Shown piece by piece: positions 8,089 through 17,742 of a stretch of DNA of 64,000 nt. Each line of letters opens with the position of its first letter. Position 1 is the stretch's first letter. Source of the stretch: Candidatus Adlerbacteria bacterium (lineage in GTDB: Bacteria; Patescibacteriota; Minisyncoccia; Phycocordibacterales; SBAW01); assembly GCA_029288895.1 (NCBI GenBank), contig JARIGK010000004.1:77621-141620 (forward strand), in the 5' to 3' direction. A program made the translations under genes and the position numbers. A model generated the notes under the pieces. The model was not told the origin of the DNA. It was given only the letters and a program-made list of their open reading frames with translations, and did no database searches.

Positions 8089-9621
8089 TTAGCGGGCAAA
8101 CTCTATCGCTCTGCTTTCACGAATGACGTTTACTTTGACTTCGCCCGGATATTTGAGTTCGTTTTCGATGCGGTTAGCGATGTTGCGAGCAAGCTCGCGT
8201 GCTTGGAAGTCCGTCATTTCGTCTGGTTTGACGAAGACGCGTACTTCGCGGCCAGCGGAGATTGCGTAGCATTTCTCGACGCCAGGGAAGGAGGTTGCAA
8301 TTTCTTCTATATCGCCCAAGCGCTTCAAGTACTGCTCGACGCTGTCGCGGCGGGCACCTGGGCGGCCGCCTGAAATTGCGTCCGCAACCTGCACGATGAT
8401 CGATTCCACCGTTTCGTACGGGTACTCTTCGTGGTGCGCCTGCATTGCCTTGACGACTTCTTCTGAAACGCCAAACTTCTGCAAGATGCGGCGGCCGATT
8501 TCCACATGGGTACCGGTGACTTCGTGGTCGAGCGCTTTGCCAATGTCGTGGAGGAGGGCGCCTGCTTTTGCAACCTGGACGTTTGCGCCCATTTCCTCGG
8601 CGATCATGCCGGCGATATGAGCCATTTCCGTTGAGTGCTGCAAGACTGACTGGCCAAATGACGTGCGGAAGTGGAGGCGGCCCAAGATCATCATGAGACG
8701 TGGGTCCAAGTTAAGGACGCCCGTTTCAAAGCAGGCAGCTTCGGCCTTTTCTTTGATGATCTTAGTGACATCGGCCTTTGCCTTTTCGACGTGCTCTTCG
8801 ATCTTTGCTGGCTGGATGCGACCGTCCAAGATCAAGTTTTCAAGCGCCATGCGCGCCACGGCGCGGCGAAGCGGGTCGAACGATGAGAGGACGATCGAGC
8901 CTGGTGTGTCGTCGATGATAACTTCAACGCCCGATGCGCGTTCAAACGCTTTGATGTTGCGCCCTTCTTTGCCGATGATTTTGCCTTTGATTTCGTCGTT
9001 CGGGATAGTAACCGCAGTTGCCATCGTGTCTGCAGCAACCGAGTTGCCGAGACGGTGGATAGCAGTTGTGAGGATTTCTTTTGCACGGCGCTCGACGCGT
9101 TCCATGCCGTCGCGTTCAAGCTTGGCAACGCGGACCATCAAATCTTCGCTCGCTTCTTTTTCAAGCTCTGAAAAAAGCTGTTCTTTTGCTTGGTCTTTGG
9201 TAAGGCCTGCAACGCGCGCAAGTTCCGAGGTGCGCTCGGAAAGGAGGGCCTGCGCCTTTTCTTTGAGCGCGGCAACTTCTTCGATGCGCGCTTTCACAGC
9301 AACAATTTCAGCATCAAGCTCGGCTTGTTTTTTGTCGAGCTGCTCCTCGCGTTTAAAGACACGGTCTTCGGCGCGAGTAATTTTCTCTTCCTTTTCCCTG
9401 AGGTCTGCGTCGGCTTGGGCAAGTTTTTGCTTCGCTTCCTCCTCTGCTTTTTCAGTTACAGCTTTAGCCTCAACTTGCGCATTGAGTAAACTTTGCTGTA
9501 TTTCTAACTCGAGAGAGTTTTTACGAGCGCGTAAAACGAGGAGACGGAGCCAGTAACCGATTCCAGCGCCCAACAGAAGCGCCAAAAGGCCCACGAGGGC
9601 CACTATTGTCTTGGTAACCAT
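8089..9621 (-). CDS. rny: Ribonuclease Y
   Basis: N-term TM, coiled coil, KH (KGKIIGKEGRNI), HD (LLHDIGK), RPGAR. Confidence 0.98.
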   Translation of the reverse strand: MVTKTIVALVGLLALLLGAGIGYWLRLLVLRARKNSLELEIQQSLLNAQVEAKAVTEKAEEEAKQKLAQADADLREKEEKITRAEDRVFKREEQLDKKQAELDAEIVAVKARIEEVAALKEKAQALLSERTSELARVAGLTKDQAKEQLFSELEKEASEDLMVRVAKLERDGMERVERRAKEILTTAIHRLGNSVAADTMATAVTIPNDEIKGKIIGKEGRNIKAFERASGVEVIIDDTPGSIVLSSFDPLRRAVARMALENLILDGRIQPAKIEEHVEKAKADVTKIIKEKAEAACFETGVLNLDPRLMMILGRLHFRTSFGQSVLQHSTEMAHIAGMIAEEMGANVQVAKAGALLHDIGKALDHEVTGTHVEIGRRILQKFGVSEEVVKAMQAHHEEYPYETVESIIVQVADAISGGRPGARRDSVEQYLKRLGDIEEIATSFPGVEKCYAISAGREVRVFVKPDEMTDFQARELARNIANRIENELKYPGEVKVNVIRESRAIEFAR

Positions 9622-9715
9622 AAAAAGTTGAAATATTCATATAAGTGAAACGCACACCCTTACAGTAGCAGGGGTGTGCGTTTGCAGCAACTAAAGATGG
9701 TGCCCGGAGGCAGGC

Positions 9716-10360
9716 CTATTTTTTAGCCGGAGTTTCGGGGATTGTGGCACCCTTGCTCGTGAAGATGTCGTCGATGATGCCGTACTTTTTAGCCTCATCT
9801 GCTGACATAAAGTAGTCGCGCTCGACGTCCTTCTCGATCTTCGAGAGAGTCTGGCCGGTTGCCTTCGAGAGGATCTTATTGAGGCGCTCGCGGGTAGCTA
9901 AAATGTGCCGGGCGGTGATTTCGATATCAGTTGCCTGGCCCTGCGCGCCGCCCCATGGCTGGTGGATCATCACTTCGGCGTTGGGGAGTGCAAAGCGCTT
10001 ACCTTTTGCACCTGCGGCCAAGATAATTGCTGCGGCCGATGCTGCCATACCAACGCAGACAGTCGCGACATCTGGTTTGATGTGGTTCATCGTGTCGAGC
10101 ATTGCCAAACCAGCAGACACCGAGCCGCCAGGGGAGTTGATGTAGAGCTGGATGTCCTTCTTTGGATCTTCCGATGCCAAGAACAGAAGCTGGGCGATAA
10201 CCAAGTTTGCGGTGTGGTCTTCTATCGGCCCCGAGAGGAAGATAATCCGGTCTTTAAGCAGACGCGAATAAATATCGAACGCACGTTCGCCGTACGGGCT
10301 CTTTTCAATAACCATCGGCACGAGCTGGTTGCGGATGTCGTATTTTTTGAGATGTTCCAT
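9716..10360 (-). CDS. clpP: ATP-dependent Clp protease proteolytic subunit
   Basis: [33 protein letters not shown]. Confidence 0.98.
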   Translation of the reverse strand: MEHLKKYDIRNQLVPMVIEKSPYGERAFDIYSRLLKDRIIFLSGPIEDHTANLVIAQLLFLASEDPKKDIQLYINSPGGSVSAGLAMLDTMNHIKPDVATVCVGMAASAAAIILAAGAKGKRFALPNAEVMIHQPWGGAQGQATDIEITARHILATRERLNKILSKATGQTLSKIEKDVERDYFMSADEAKKYGIIDDIFTSKGATIPETPAKK

Positions 10361-10369
10361 GCAGGAACT

Positions 10370-11431
10370 TTACTCCTTTTCTTCTTTGCCTTCAAGCAAC
10401 TGCAAGACTTTCTCGTTGCGGAGCACCGTTTCGATATGGATGCGGACGAGCTCGGGGCGGGCGTCGGGGAAGTGCTCGAGTGCATGTTTGAGCTCGTTGG
10501 CAACAGCCTCTTCGTCTGCTTCAATCTTTTCTTCTTCGGCGATTTTGTTCAGCGTCAGCTGGAGTTTTGCGCGCTGCGTTGCCTGCTGGCGGAATTCGGC
10601 GCGGATCTGCTCTTCAGTTTTCTCGACGCGCTTCAAGTAGTCGTCGAATGAGAGGCCAAAGCGCTGCGTGTCCTCGCGCATCTGGTTCAAAATTTTATCA
10701 AGTTCGCTGTCGATGAAGATGGCAGGCACTTCGATGGTCGTTTTCTCGAGCAATGCCTCGACGATTTTGCCGCGGCGCGCATCTTTTGCCTTCTGCTCCT
10801 TCTCCGTCTTCATATTGCTGCGGAGCTTCTGCTTCAAATCTTCGACGCCAGTAAAATCACCAAGCGATTTTGCAAAGTCATCAGTAAGTTCAGGCAAATT
10901 CTCCGGTTCCGCTGTTTTTTCTTCGCCTTGCGGGTTGGAATTTGATTTCGCATATGCGCGGCGGATAGACGTGAGCGCTTCGTCGACTTCTGCATCCAAA
11001 ATATCTACCACCGTTTCAACTTCGACGCCTTCGCCGATCTTCTTCCAATTCTTTGGGAGCGAAATTTCAGGGTAGACGCTCGTGCGCACAACAATAGCCA
11101 CAGGGTTGCCTGGTGCCAACTTGGTGATGCGTATATCGGGGCGGCCTACGGCATCTTTTGCGTGTGCCTGCACCAGTTCGACATAGAAGTCGCGCATAAA
11201 GAGCTCAACTGCCTCTTCGAGGATGGCTACCTCGCCAAACTTCTTCTGTGCAATGTCGGCAGGGACATGGCCTTTGCGGAAGCCAGGCATATCAAGCTGG
11301 GCAGCCAATAGGGCCAAGGCCTTGTCGTGGTAGGGGGCAATAACATCAGCCGGGATTTCGCCGGTGAGTTCTATTTCTGATTCGGGCAGCTGTTTCTTAG
11401 CGAATGACTTCGCGAGTTCTTCAAATGACAT
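10370..11431 (-). CDS. tig: Trigger factor (PPIase domain apparently reduced)
   Basis: MPGFRKGHVP signature, LPELTDDFAKSLG; adjacent to clpP. Confidence 0.93.
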   Translation of the reverse strand: MSFEELAKSFAKKQLPESEIELTGEIPADVIAPYHDKALALLAAQLDMPGFRKGHVPADIAQKKFGEVAILEEAVELFMRDFYVELVQAHAKDAVGRPDIRITKLAPGNPVAIVVRTSVYPEISLPKNWKKIGEGVEVETVVDILDAEVDEALTSIRRAYAKSNSNPQGEEKTAEPENLPELTDDFAKSLGDFTGVEDLKQKLRSNMKTEKEQKAKDARRGKIVEALLEKTTIEVPAIFIDSELDKILNQMREDTQRFGLSFDDYLKRVEKTEEQIRAEFRQQATQRAKLQLTLNKIAEEEKIEADEEAVANELKHALEHFPDARPELVRIHIETVLRNEKVLQLLEGKEEKE

Positions 11432-11454
11432 GGAGCGATACTACTGTATTGTGG

Positions 11455-11628
11455 CTATGCGGGCAACTGCGCCTCTTGTTCTTGCTGGCGCATCGCGCGG
11501 TTGTGGCGTTCTTGCTGTACAAGGAAGTACACGCCCGCGACAACTAATATAAGAACGATGATGATAGTAGCCGAAAGGGGCCCGACGGACCCCTCTCTTT
11601 TTTCTGTTGTGCGAGGAGAATCGTCCAT
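11455..11628 (-). CDS. Small single-pass membrane protein (57 aa; not in ORF track)
   Basis: Manual translation MDDSPRTTEKREGSVGPLSATIIIVLILVVAGVYFLVQQERHNRAMRQQEQEAQLPA; fills gap between ppa and tig on same strand. Confidence 0.7.
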   Translation of the reverse strand: MDDSPRTTEKREGSVGPLSATIIIVLILVVAGVYFLVQQERHNRAMRQQEQEAQLPA

Positions 11629-11665
11629 GAGGTAATTGTACCTCGGGGACCGATATCCACACCAA

Positions 11666-12202
11666 TTATTTAGCGAACTTTTGGTTGTAGAGCTCGACGG
11701 AGCGCTTCACTGCCTCCATTGCCTCAGCTTTACCTTTGATGCCGTTGATTTCTACTGGTGCTGGCTTGCCCTTGAGCGCTTTGTAGGTCTCGAGGAAGTG
11801 CTGGATCTCTTTGAGGGTGTGCTTGTTCAAATCGGCAACATCCTGCACGTCATCCCAGCGCTTGTCGTTTGTTGGTACGGCAACGATTTTAAAATCGCTT
11901 TCGCCTGTGTCGATCATTTCAATGACGCCAACGGGGCGGACTGCGACCATAATGCCAGGGTTAAGCGGCCAGGTAGTCATGACAATAACGTCGAGGGCGT
12001 CGCCATCGTCCCAAAGGGTCTTTGGTGCAAAGCCGTAGTCGTAGGGGAAGGCAGCGTCCGAGTAGTTTGCACGGTCGAGTGCAATAAGGCCGGTCTCCTT
12101 ATCTATCTCGTACTTATTGTGCGAGCCTTTAGGGACCTCGATAATGACATTAATTTCGTTCGGGACATTGTCGCCGAGCGGTACATCGTGCCAGAGATTC
12201 AT
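11666..12202 (-). CDS. ppa: Inorganic pyrophosphatase (family I)
   Basis: IEVPKGS.NKYE, YPYDYGF-like, DGDALDV, D.GE.D.K. Confidence 0.97.
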   Translation of the reverse strand: MNLWHDVPLGDNVPNEINVIIEVPKGSHNKYEIDKETGLIALDRANYSDAAFPYDYGFAPKTLWDDGDALDVIVMTTWPLNPGIMVAVRPVGVIEMIDTGESDFKIVAVPTNDKRWDDVQDVADLNKHTLKEIQHFLETYKALKGKPAPVEINGIKGKAEAMEAVKRSVELYNQKFAK

Positions 12203-12225
12203 GGTTAGAAGTATAGCTTAGGTTA

Positions 12226-13428
12226 TTACTCGACCGCGATATTCTCGTCGGTTGCTGCTTCGTCCGCAGGAACTTCGCCTTGTTCATCTGCGATGGTGTC
12301 GCCGCGGGTCGACTGGATGTCGATGCGCCAGCCGGTCAACTTGGCTGCCAAACGGACGTTCTGCCCACCGCGGCCAATTGCCAAGGACTGCTGGTCTTCT
12401 GCGACTTTAATTGATGCTTTGTGTTCTGCCTCGTCCAAATCAACTGAGGTAATGCGTGCTGGCGAGAGAGCCTCTTCGATAAATGCCTTTGGATCCTCGT
12501 TCCACTCGATGATGTCGATCTTTTCGCCGCCAAGTTCCGACGTCACCGTCGAAACACGAACGCCGCGCTGGCCAACGAGCGAGCCGACTGGGTCAACATG
12601 CGGGTCTGTGGATGCCACCGCGACCTTCGAGCGCGAACCTGCTTCGCGAGCGATTGCTTTAAAGACAACGGTGCCGTGTGCTGCTTCTGGCGCTTCCATT
12701 TCGAAGAGCTTTGCCAAAAACTGTGGGTTTGCACGCGAAAGGCGGAGGTAAATACCGCGAGGTGATTCTTCTACTTGGTAGAGCAATGCGCGGATGCGCT
12801 CGCCTTGGCGGTAGCGTTCGCCTGGAATTTGTTCGTCGTACGGCAAGATGCCGGTTGCGCGGCCGAGGTCCACATAAATATTGCCGCGTTCCATGCGCTG
12901 CACGGTGCCAGTGACAATAGAACCTGCGCGCTGGCCAAATTCTGCAACAACAGACACCTTTTCTGCTTCGCGGATCTTCTGGATGATGACCTGTTTTGCC
13001 GTTTGTGCTGCGATGCGGCCGTAGTCGTCCTTCATTTCAAGCGGGAAGACGAGCTCGTCGCCAACCTTTGCGTCGCGCTTGATAAACTTTGCGTCTTCGA
13101 TAGTGATGTGCTGCTCGGGGTTAAAGCGGGGGAGCAAGAGGATAGGGTTGCCTTCCTCGTCGTACTGCTGTTCCTGCACTTCTTCCTCTGCGCCTTCTTC
13201 GACAAAGCGGACGGTGGTGTCATCAACCACTTCTTTTACTTGAGAAAATTCGGTCGAGCCGCTGTCCATGTCGAGGGTGGCACGGATAATCTGCCCGCGT
13301 TTTGCGTACTCTTTTTTATATGCAGTTGCGAGTGCAGCCTCGATTGCTTCGATGACTTTTGCACGGGGGATACCGCGCTCCTCTTCGAGCTCGCCGAGCA
13401 CTGAATTCATTACTTTGAGGTCAAACAT
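12226..13428 (-). CDS. nusA: Transcription termination/antitermination factor NusA
   Basis: GRIAAQTAKQ, AREAGSRSKVAV, AIGRGGQNVRLAAKLTGW. Confidence 0.98.
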   Translation of the reverse strand: MFDLKVMNSVLGELEEERGIPRAKVIEAIEAALATAYKKEYAKRGQIIRATLDMDSGSTEFSQVKEVVDDTTVRFVEEGAEEEVQEQQYDEEGNPILLLPRFNPEQHITIEDAKFIKRDAKVGDELVFPLEMKDDYGRIAAQTAKQVIIQKIREAEKVSVVAEFGQRAGSIVTGTVQRMERGNIYVDLGRATGILPYDEQIPGERYRQGERIRALLYQVEESPRGIYLRLSRANPQFLAKLFEMEAPEAAHGTVVFKAIAREAGSRSKVAVASTDPHVDPVGSLVGQRGVRVSTVTSELGGEKIDIIEWNEDPKAFIEEALSPARITSVDLDEAEHKASIKVAEDQQSLAIGRGGQNVRLAAKLTGWRIDIQSTRGDTIADEQGEVPADEAATDENIAVE

Positions 13429-13520
13429 AAGGGTTTAGTTAGTTTGTTTAAAAGGAGAACCGCCCTCTCGGGGCGGTTTCCAGATATCCACACTGTACTC
13501 CTCATATATACTGTAGTCAA

Positions 13521-14297
13521 GTGAAGCGGGATATGCGGCTCTATATAACGGTAGGTGCAGGGCTTATAGCCTCGGGGCTTTTGGCATGGGCCTCCTTCTA
13601 TATATATACGGGGAAGGGGTGGCTCGTACTTGAGCGCAAAGAAACCGTGGCGGATTTTTACTTTAACCGCGGCCTCTACTATTTTAACGGCAAAGCCTAT
13701 AACCTTTCTGTTGCAGAACATGCATTTGAGCAGGCGCTGGCGCACGCCGGTGGCCCATACCCATACGCGCACTACGAGCTTGGCCGCATCTATTTTATCC
13801 ATGGCAATTTCTCGTCTGCGTTGGCAGAAATGGATATGGAGCTTGGGGCATACCCCGACCACGCAAAAGCCCACTATATGAAAGGTCTCATCTATGGGTA
13901 TCGAAAACAATACATCCAGGCCGAGCACGAGTTTATTGCGTTTAATGCGGCCGTGCCACGGCAGTGGGCTGGATACAACGATTTGGCGTGGGTTTATTTC
14001 TCTGAAGGTGCGTATGCCGATTCAGCACGTGCTGCACAACAAGGGCTTGCTGTCGTACCGGGTAACCCCTGGCTCCAAAATTCGTACGCAGTTGCAGAAC
14101 TTAACCTGGGTAAGTACAAAGAGGCAGAACTATATTTCACAAAATCGTATGATGCATTTATGGCGATGAGCGAAGAAGAGTGGGGACGGTCATACCCAGG
14201 GAACGATCCTGCACAATACGCATCAGGGCTCGAGCAGATTCGTACTGCTGTTGCGCACAACCTTACGCTTGTCCACAGTAAACTCGGGGAACAGTAG
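13521..14297 (+). CDS. TPR-repeat membrane-anchored protein
   Basis: N-term TM; TPR-like AHYELGRIY, AHYMKGLIY, GYNDLAWVY. Confidence 0.8.
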   Translation: MKRDMRLYITVGAGLIASGLLAWASFYIYTGKGWLVLERKETVADFYFNRGLYYFNGKAYNLSVAEHAFEQALAHAGGPYPYAHYELGRIYFIHGNFSSALAEMDMELGAYPDHAKAHYMKGLIYGYRKQYIQAEHEFIAFNAAVPRQWAGYNDLAWVYFSEGAYADSARAAQQGLAVVPGNPWLQNSYAVAELNLGKYKEAELYFTKSYDAFMAMSEEEWGRSYPGNDPAQYASGLEQIRTAVAHNLTLVHSKLGEQ

Positions 14298-14322
14298 GCC
14301 CAGTGCTACACTAAATTCACAT

Positions 14323-15198
14323 ATGAAGCAGATCTTGAATGCAGATCGCGTTCGTATAGCTGGAACGTCTCTCGCTGTGTTGGCTCTCCTTGCAGGGGCG
14401 CATTTTTTTGCTGACGCTCGCTCGTCATCTGTTGAAGTCGGGTTTGCGTCATTGTCGCCAAATGGTACTGCTGGGGGGAGTATTATCCCCGCATCGTGCA
14501 GCTCTTCATTCGATTCTGGCGATGTCCAATCATGCACACGTACCAACTCGTGCGGACAATCAAACACAGGAGTTACCACCGATTGTTCGGGGACGTGCTC
14601 TGTAAGTGCTCCGGCCGAATCAGGCTGCCCACAGCCACCAACTGTCTATATATGCACTGGCGCAAACTGTACGCCGACAAGCAACTCGACTGTTACCGTC
14701 ATTGCGGGGTCGGCCGTCACTGTTAAATGGGTATGCCCATCGCCGAACACGTCGGTGTCCGGTACAAGTAACCCTGTAAATAGCGGCTTTTCATTCTCTG
14801 GCGGAGCCTTGCAAGGCACGAAAACTGCGACGATTAACCAGAGCAGTACATTTACGGTGGCCTGCGATCAAACTGGTACCCAAGCAAGCGTGACTGCGAC
14901 TGCAATTAACCCAACAGCATCTGTCACGGCAACGCCATCCCGCGTCCACTCGGGCCAAACTTCGACCATTAGCTGGTATGCATCAGGTGTCACAAGCTGC
15001 ACCTTGAATGGTCCGGGCACGGTAGATGGTCCGGTAACGGCAACGGGCGGCAACATTGCATCTCAAAGCAGCCCTCGTCAAAAAGGTACCGCAGCAATCA
15101 CAGGGCAGAGCACCTACACACTCACGTGCCAGACAAGCGGTGGGCCAAAAACCGCAAGCGTGGTCGTCAACTTAGTCCCTGTTGAGATAGAACTCTAA
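14323..15198 (+). CDS. Secreted Cys/Thr-rich Ig-like repeat protein
   Basis: N-term hydrophobic segment, repeats of TISW...SCT...TYTLTC. Confidence 0.75.
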   Translation: MKQILNADRVRIAGTSLAVLALLAGAHFFADARSSSVEVGFASLSPNGTAGGSIIPASCSSSFDSGDVQSCTRTNSCGQSNTGVTTDCSGTCSVSAPAESGCPQPPTVYICTGANCTPTSNSTVTVIAGSAVTVKWVCPSPNTSVSGTSNPVNSGFSFSGGALQGTKTATINQSSTFTVACDQTGTQASVTATAINPTASVTATPSRVHSGQTSTISWYASGVTSCTLNGPGTVDGPVTATGGNIASQSSPRQKGTAAITGQSTYTLTCQTSGGPKTASVVVNLVPVEIEL

Positions 15199-16938
15199 AT
15201 GGTAGTCGACGAGCGCCGGCTCAAAGACTTTTTATTTGATACGGGCGTTCTACCCCGAGGCGAACTTGATCGCGCCCATACCCTTGCGCGCGAGCGTGAT
15301 ACGTCGCTTGCCGACACGCTTGTTGCCACGGGTATGCTCCGCGATGATGATGTGCGCCGCGCACTTGCGCATGTGCTTGGCGTGCCGTTTGTCATCATTT
15401 CAAAAGATATGCTCGTACCAGAAGCTCTGTCGCTCTTGCCCGAGCCGTTTTCGCGCGCGCGCAACGCGGTGGTGCTCTCAGTACAGGGAAATGCGGTAGA
15501 AGTCGCGCTGCTCGATATAGACGACCTTAGGGCTGTTCAAGAACATGTTGGCGCTGCCCGCGTGGTGCGCCCGCGTTTGACGAATCGCGAATCATTGATG
15601 CGCGCATTGCTTTACTATCAGAAACATTTGAAAGATACGTTTGGTGCTGCGTTGGCTGCCGAATGCGCTCGCATTGGCGCGGCTTCATCGATGAGCGATG
15701 CGTCGAGCCATGACGCGCTCGTGCGCGCTGCCGACTTATTGTTGTCGCACGCACTGCATCAGCAGGCACATGCCGTCCATATCGAACAGGGCGAGCGGGG
15801 GTTGCGCGTACGCTATCGCACACAGGGCGGCCTCTTTGACGCGATGACACTGCCGGGCGCTGCCGCCATGCCGCTTATCGCACGCTTTAAATTGCTCGCA
15901 CAACTGCCGCTCCAAAGCGACACGCCAGGGCTTGGGCGATTTAAAATTTCGCACACCGATGGCTCAGTTGTTGGCATTACCGTCTCGACGGTGCCGCAGA
16001 TAACAGAAGCGGGTACAGGAGAAAAACTTGTGCTGGCCTTTGTGCACGAAGGGAGCGGCCGCCGCGGCCTTTCGCTTGCGGCACTATCCTGGACGCCGTC
16101 GAATACGAGAGAACTCCGCCGCGCACTGTCGGCCCGTTCGGGGCTCGTGCTTGTTTGTGGCGACGAAGGCGCAGGGAAGACAACACTGTTGTATACGTTG
16201 ATGGATCAGCTCGCGAGCGGGGAGAAAAGTTTAGTAAGTGTCGAGTCCCAGGTGAGCTATATCGTCCCTGCAGTGGCGCAGATGGAAGTTAACGAGGGCC
16301 TTGGCCTTACGCCAGCGTCGTGCCTGCGCGCACAACTGCGCCAAGATGCGGACGTCATTATGGTGGACTGCGCACTCGACGACGAAGTTGCGACGCTTGC
16401 CGCAAACGCTGCCAATAGAGGCGCGCTTGTACTTATGAGCGTCCCCGCTTCATCTGCCGCAGAAGGCGTCGAGTATCTGCAGGAGCTTGGTGTGCCCTCG
16501 GCGTTGCTCGCATCAACACTTGTAGCGTCTATTGCAACGGCGACTGTACCGCGTCTGTGCCCTCACGTCCGAAATGAACATCGCCTCTCGCGTACAGAGC
16601 AGTCAGAACTTGAAGAGCGCATTGATATCAAACGCGTGTTGGATGAATTAAAGGCCGAACACATGCTCGGCGCACACACGGCATGGAAAGAAGTGCAGAT
16701 GTTTGATGCATCACCGTGTGCAGAATGCGAAGGTGGCTACAAGGGGACGCTCGGCCTCCAAGAGGTGTTGCCCGTAACGCGCACGCTCAAAGACGCGATC
16801 CGAGGCGGGGCAGGTGCAGAGGAATTGGCCGCGCAGGCGAAGGAAGAAGGGATGATGACAATTGCCGACGACGCCCTGTATAAAGCGGTGCAAGGCAGTG
16901 TTAGTGCCGAGGTACTCCTTCTCGTAGCAGGCCGCTAG
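15199..16938 (+). CDS. GspE/PilB-family ATPase, degenerate motifs
   Basis: MshEN/GSPII-E-like N-term, Walker A GDEGAGKTT, LRQDADVIMV, RLC...CAEC..GYKG. Confidence 0.85.
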   Translation: MVVDERRLKDFLFDTGVLPRGELDRAHTLARERDTSLADTLVATGMLRDDDVRRALAHVLGVPFVIISKDMLVPEALSLLPEPFSRARNAVVLSVQGNAVEVALLDIDDLRAVQEHVGAARVVRPRLTNRESLMRALLYYQKHLKDTFGAALAAECARIGAASSMSDASSHDALVRAADLLLSHALHQQAHAVHIEQGERGLRVRYRTQGGLFDAMTLPGAAAMPLIARFKLLAQLPLQSDTPGLGRFKISHTDGSVVGITVSTVPQITEAGTGEKLVLAFVHEGSGRRGLSLAALSWTPSNTRELRRALSARSGLVLVCGDEGAGKTTLLYTLMDQLASGEKSLVSVESQVSYIVPAVAQMEVNEGLGLTPASCLRAQLRQDADVIMVDCALDDEVATLAANAANRGALVLMSVPASSAAEGVEYLQELGVPSALLASTLVASIATATVPRLCPHVRNEHRLSRTEQSELEERIDIKRVLDELKAEHMLGAHTAWKEVQMFDASPCAECEGGYKGTLGLQEVLPVTRTLKDAIRGGAGAEELAAQAKEEGMMTIADDALYKAVQGSVSAEVLLLVAGR

Positions 16939-16959
16939 CGAACGCGGTATATTTGAGTA

Positions 16960-17742
16960 GTGAAAAAGCGCATCATTGCCGGGAACTGGAAGCTGTATAT
17001 AGAAGAGGTAGATGCGGCAAAGAAGCTCGCGTCGACATTGAAGCGTGCGCGCAGCAAAACTCCGAATATTGATTTGATTGTGTTGCCATCGGCGACACTG
17101 TTGGGCACGGTTGCCGGGGCGCTTAAAGGATCGAACATTGCCGTGGGCGCCCAAGCAATACAACCATTCCAAAGTGGCGCGTATACCGGCTACGTGTCGC
17201 CTGCTGCCGTAAAGGAAGTGGGTGCGACGTGGGCACTCGTAGGGCACAGCGAGCGCCGCATGCAAACAATTGATGGCGTGCCTGCTGCGGGCGAAAGTGA
17301 CGAGCAGGTTGCCGCACAAGTACGCGCCGCTCACGAAGCGGGGCTCAAAGTAATGCTCTGTATTGGTGAGGTAGAGCGCGACCCGGGCGGCGCGCATTTT
17401 TCTGTTATCGAACGCCAACTTTCATCGGCACTTTCACCGCTCGCAAAAACAAATATCAAATTGGCGATTGCCTACGAACCCGTGTGGGCAATAGGGAAGA
17501 CGTCGGCAGATGCAATGAAGCCAGCTGATTTAGAAGAGATGGTGATTTTTATCCGCCGCACGCTGACAGAGTTGTTTGACCGCGCGGCTGCTGCAAAAAT
17601 CCCGATTTTGTACGGAGGCTCGGTCGATGCAAGTAACGCGCACGAGTTGCTTACGCAGGGTGGTGTTGTTGGGTTTTTGGTGGGGCGTGCAAGTACGGAT
17701 AGCAAATCATGTATAGAACTTTTGAAGGTATGCCAGGGATAA
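16960..17742 (+). CDS. tpiA: Triosephosphate isomerase
   Basis: IAGNWK, GHSERR, AYEPVWAIG, LYGGSV. Confidence 0.97.
   Translation: MKKRIIAGNWKLYIEEVDAAKKLASTLKRARSKTPNIDLIVLPSATLLGTVAGALKGSNIAVGAQAIQPFQSGAYTGYVSPAAVKEVGATWALVGHSERRMQTIDGVPAAGESDEQVAAQVRAAHEAGLKVMLCIGEVERDPGGAHFSVIERQLSSALSPLAKTNIKLAIAYEPVWAIGKTSADAMKPADLEEMVIFIRRTLTELFDRAAAAKIPILYGGSVDASNAHELLTQGGVVGFLVGRASTDSKSCIELLKVCQG

Noticed and set aside
9698-9714. TGGTGCCCGGAGGCAGG resembling the reverse complement of a tRNA 3' end
   Set aside because: No T-loop (TTCGA) or cloverleaf follows; too short to call
8663-10651. Long antisense ORFs over rny/clpP/tig (also over r-protein genes, comEC and map)
   Set aside because: Shadow frames of well-supported genes caused by codon bias; no independent motifs
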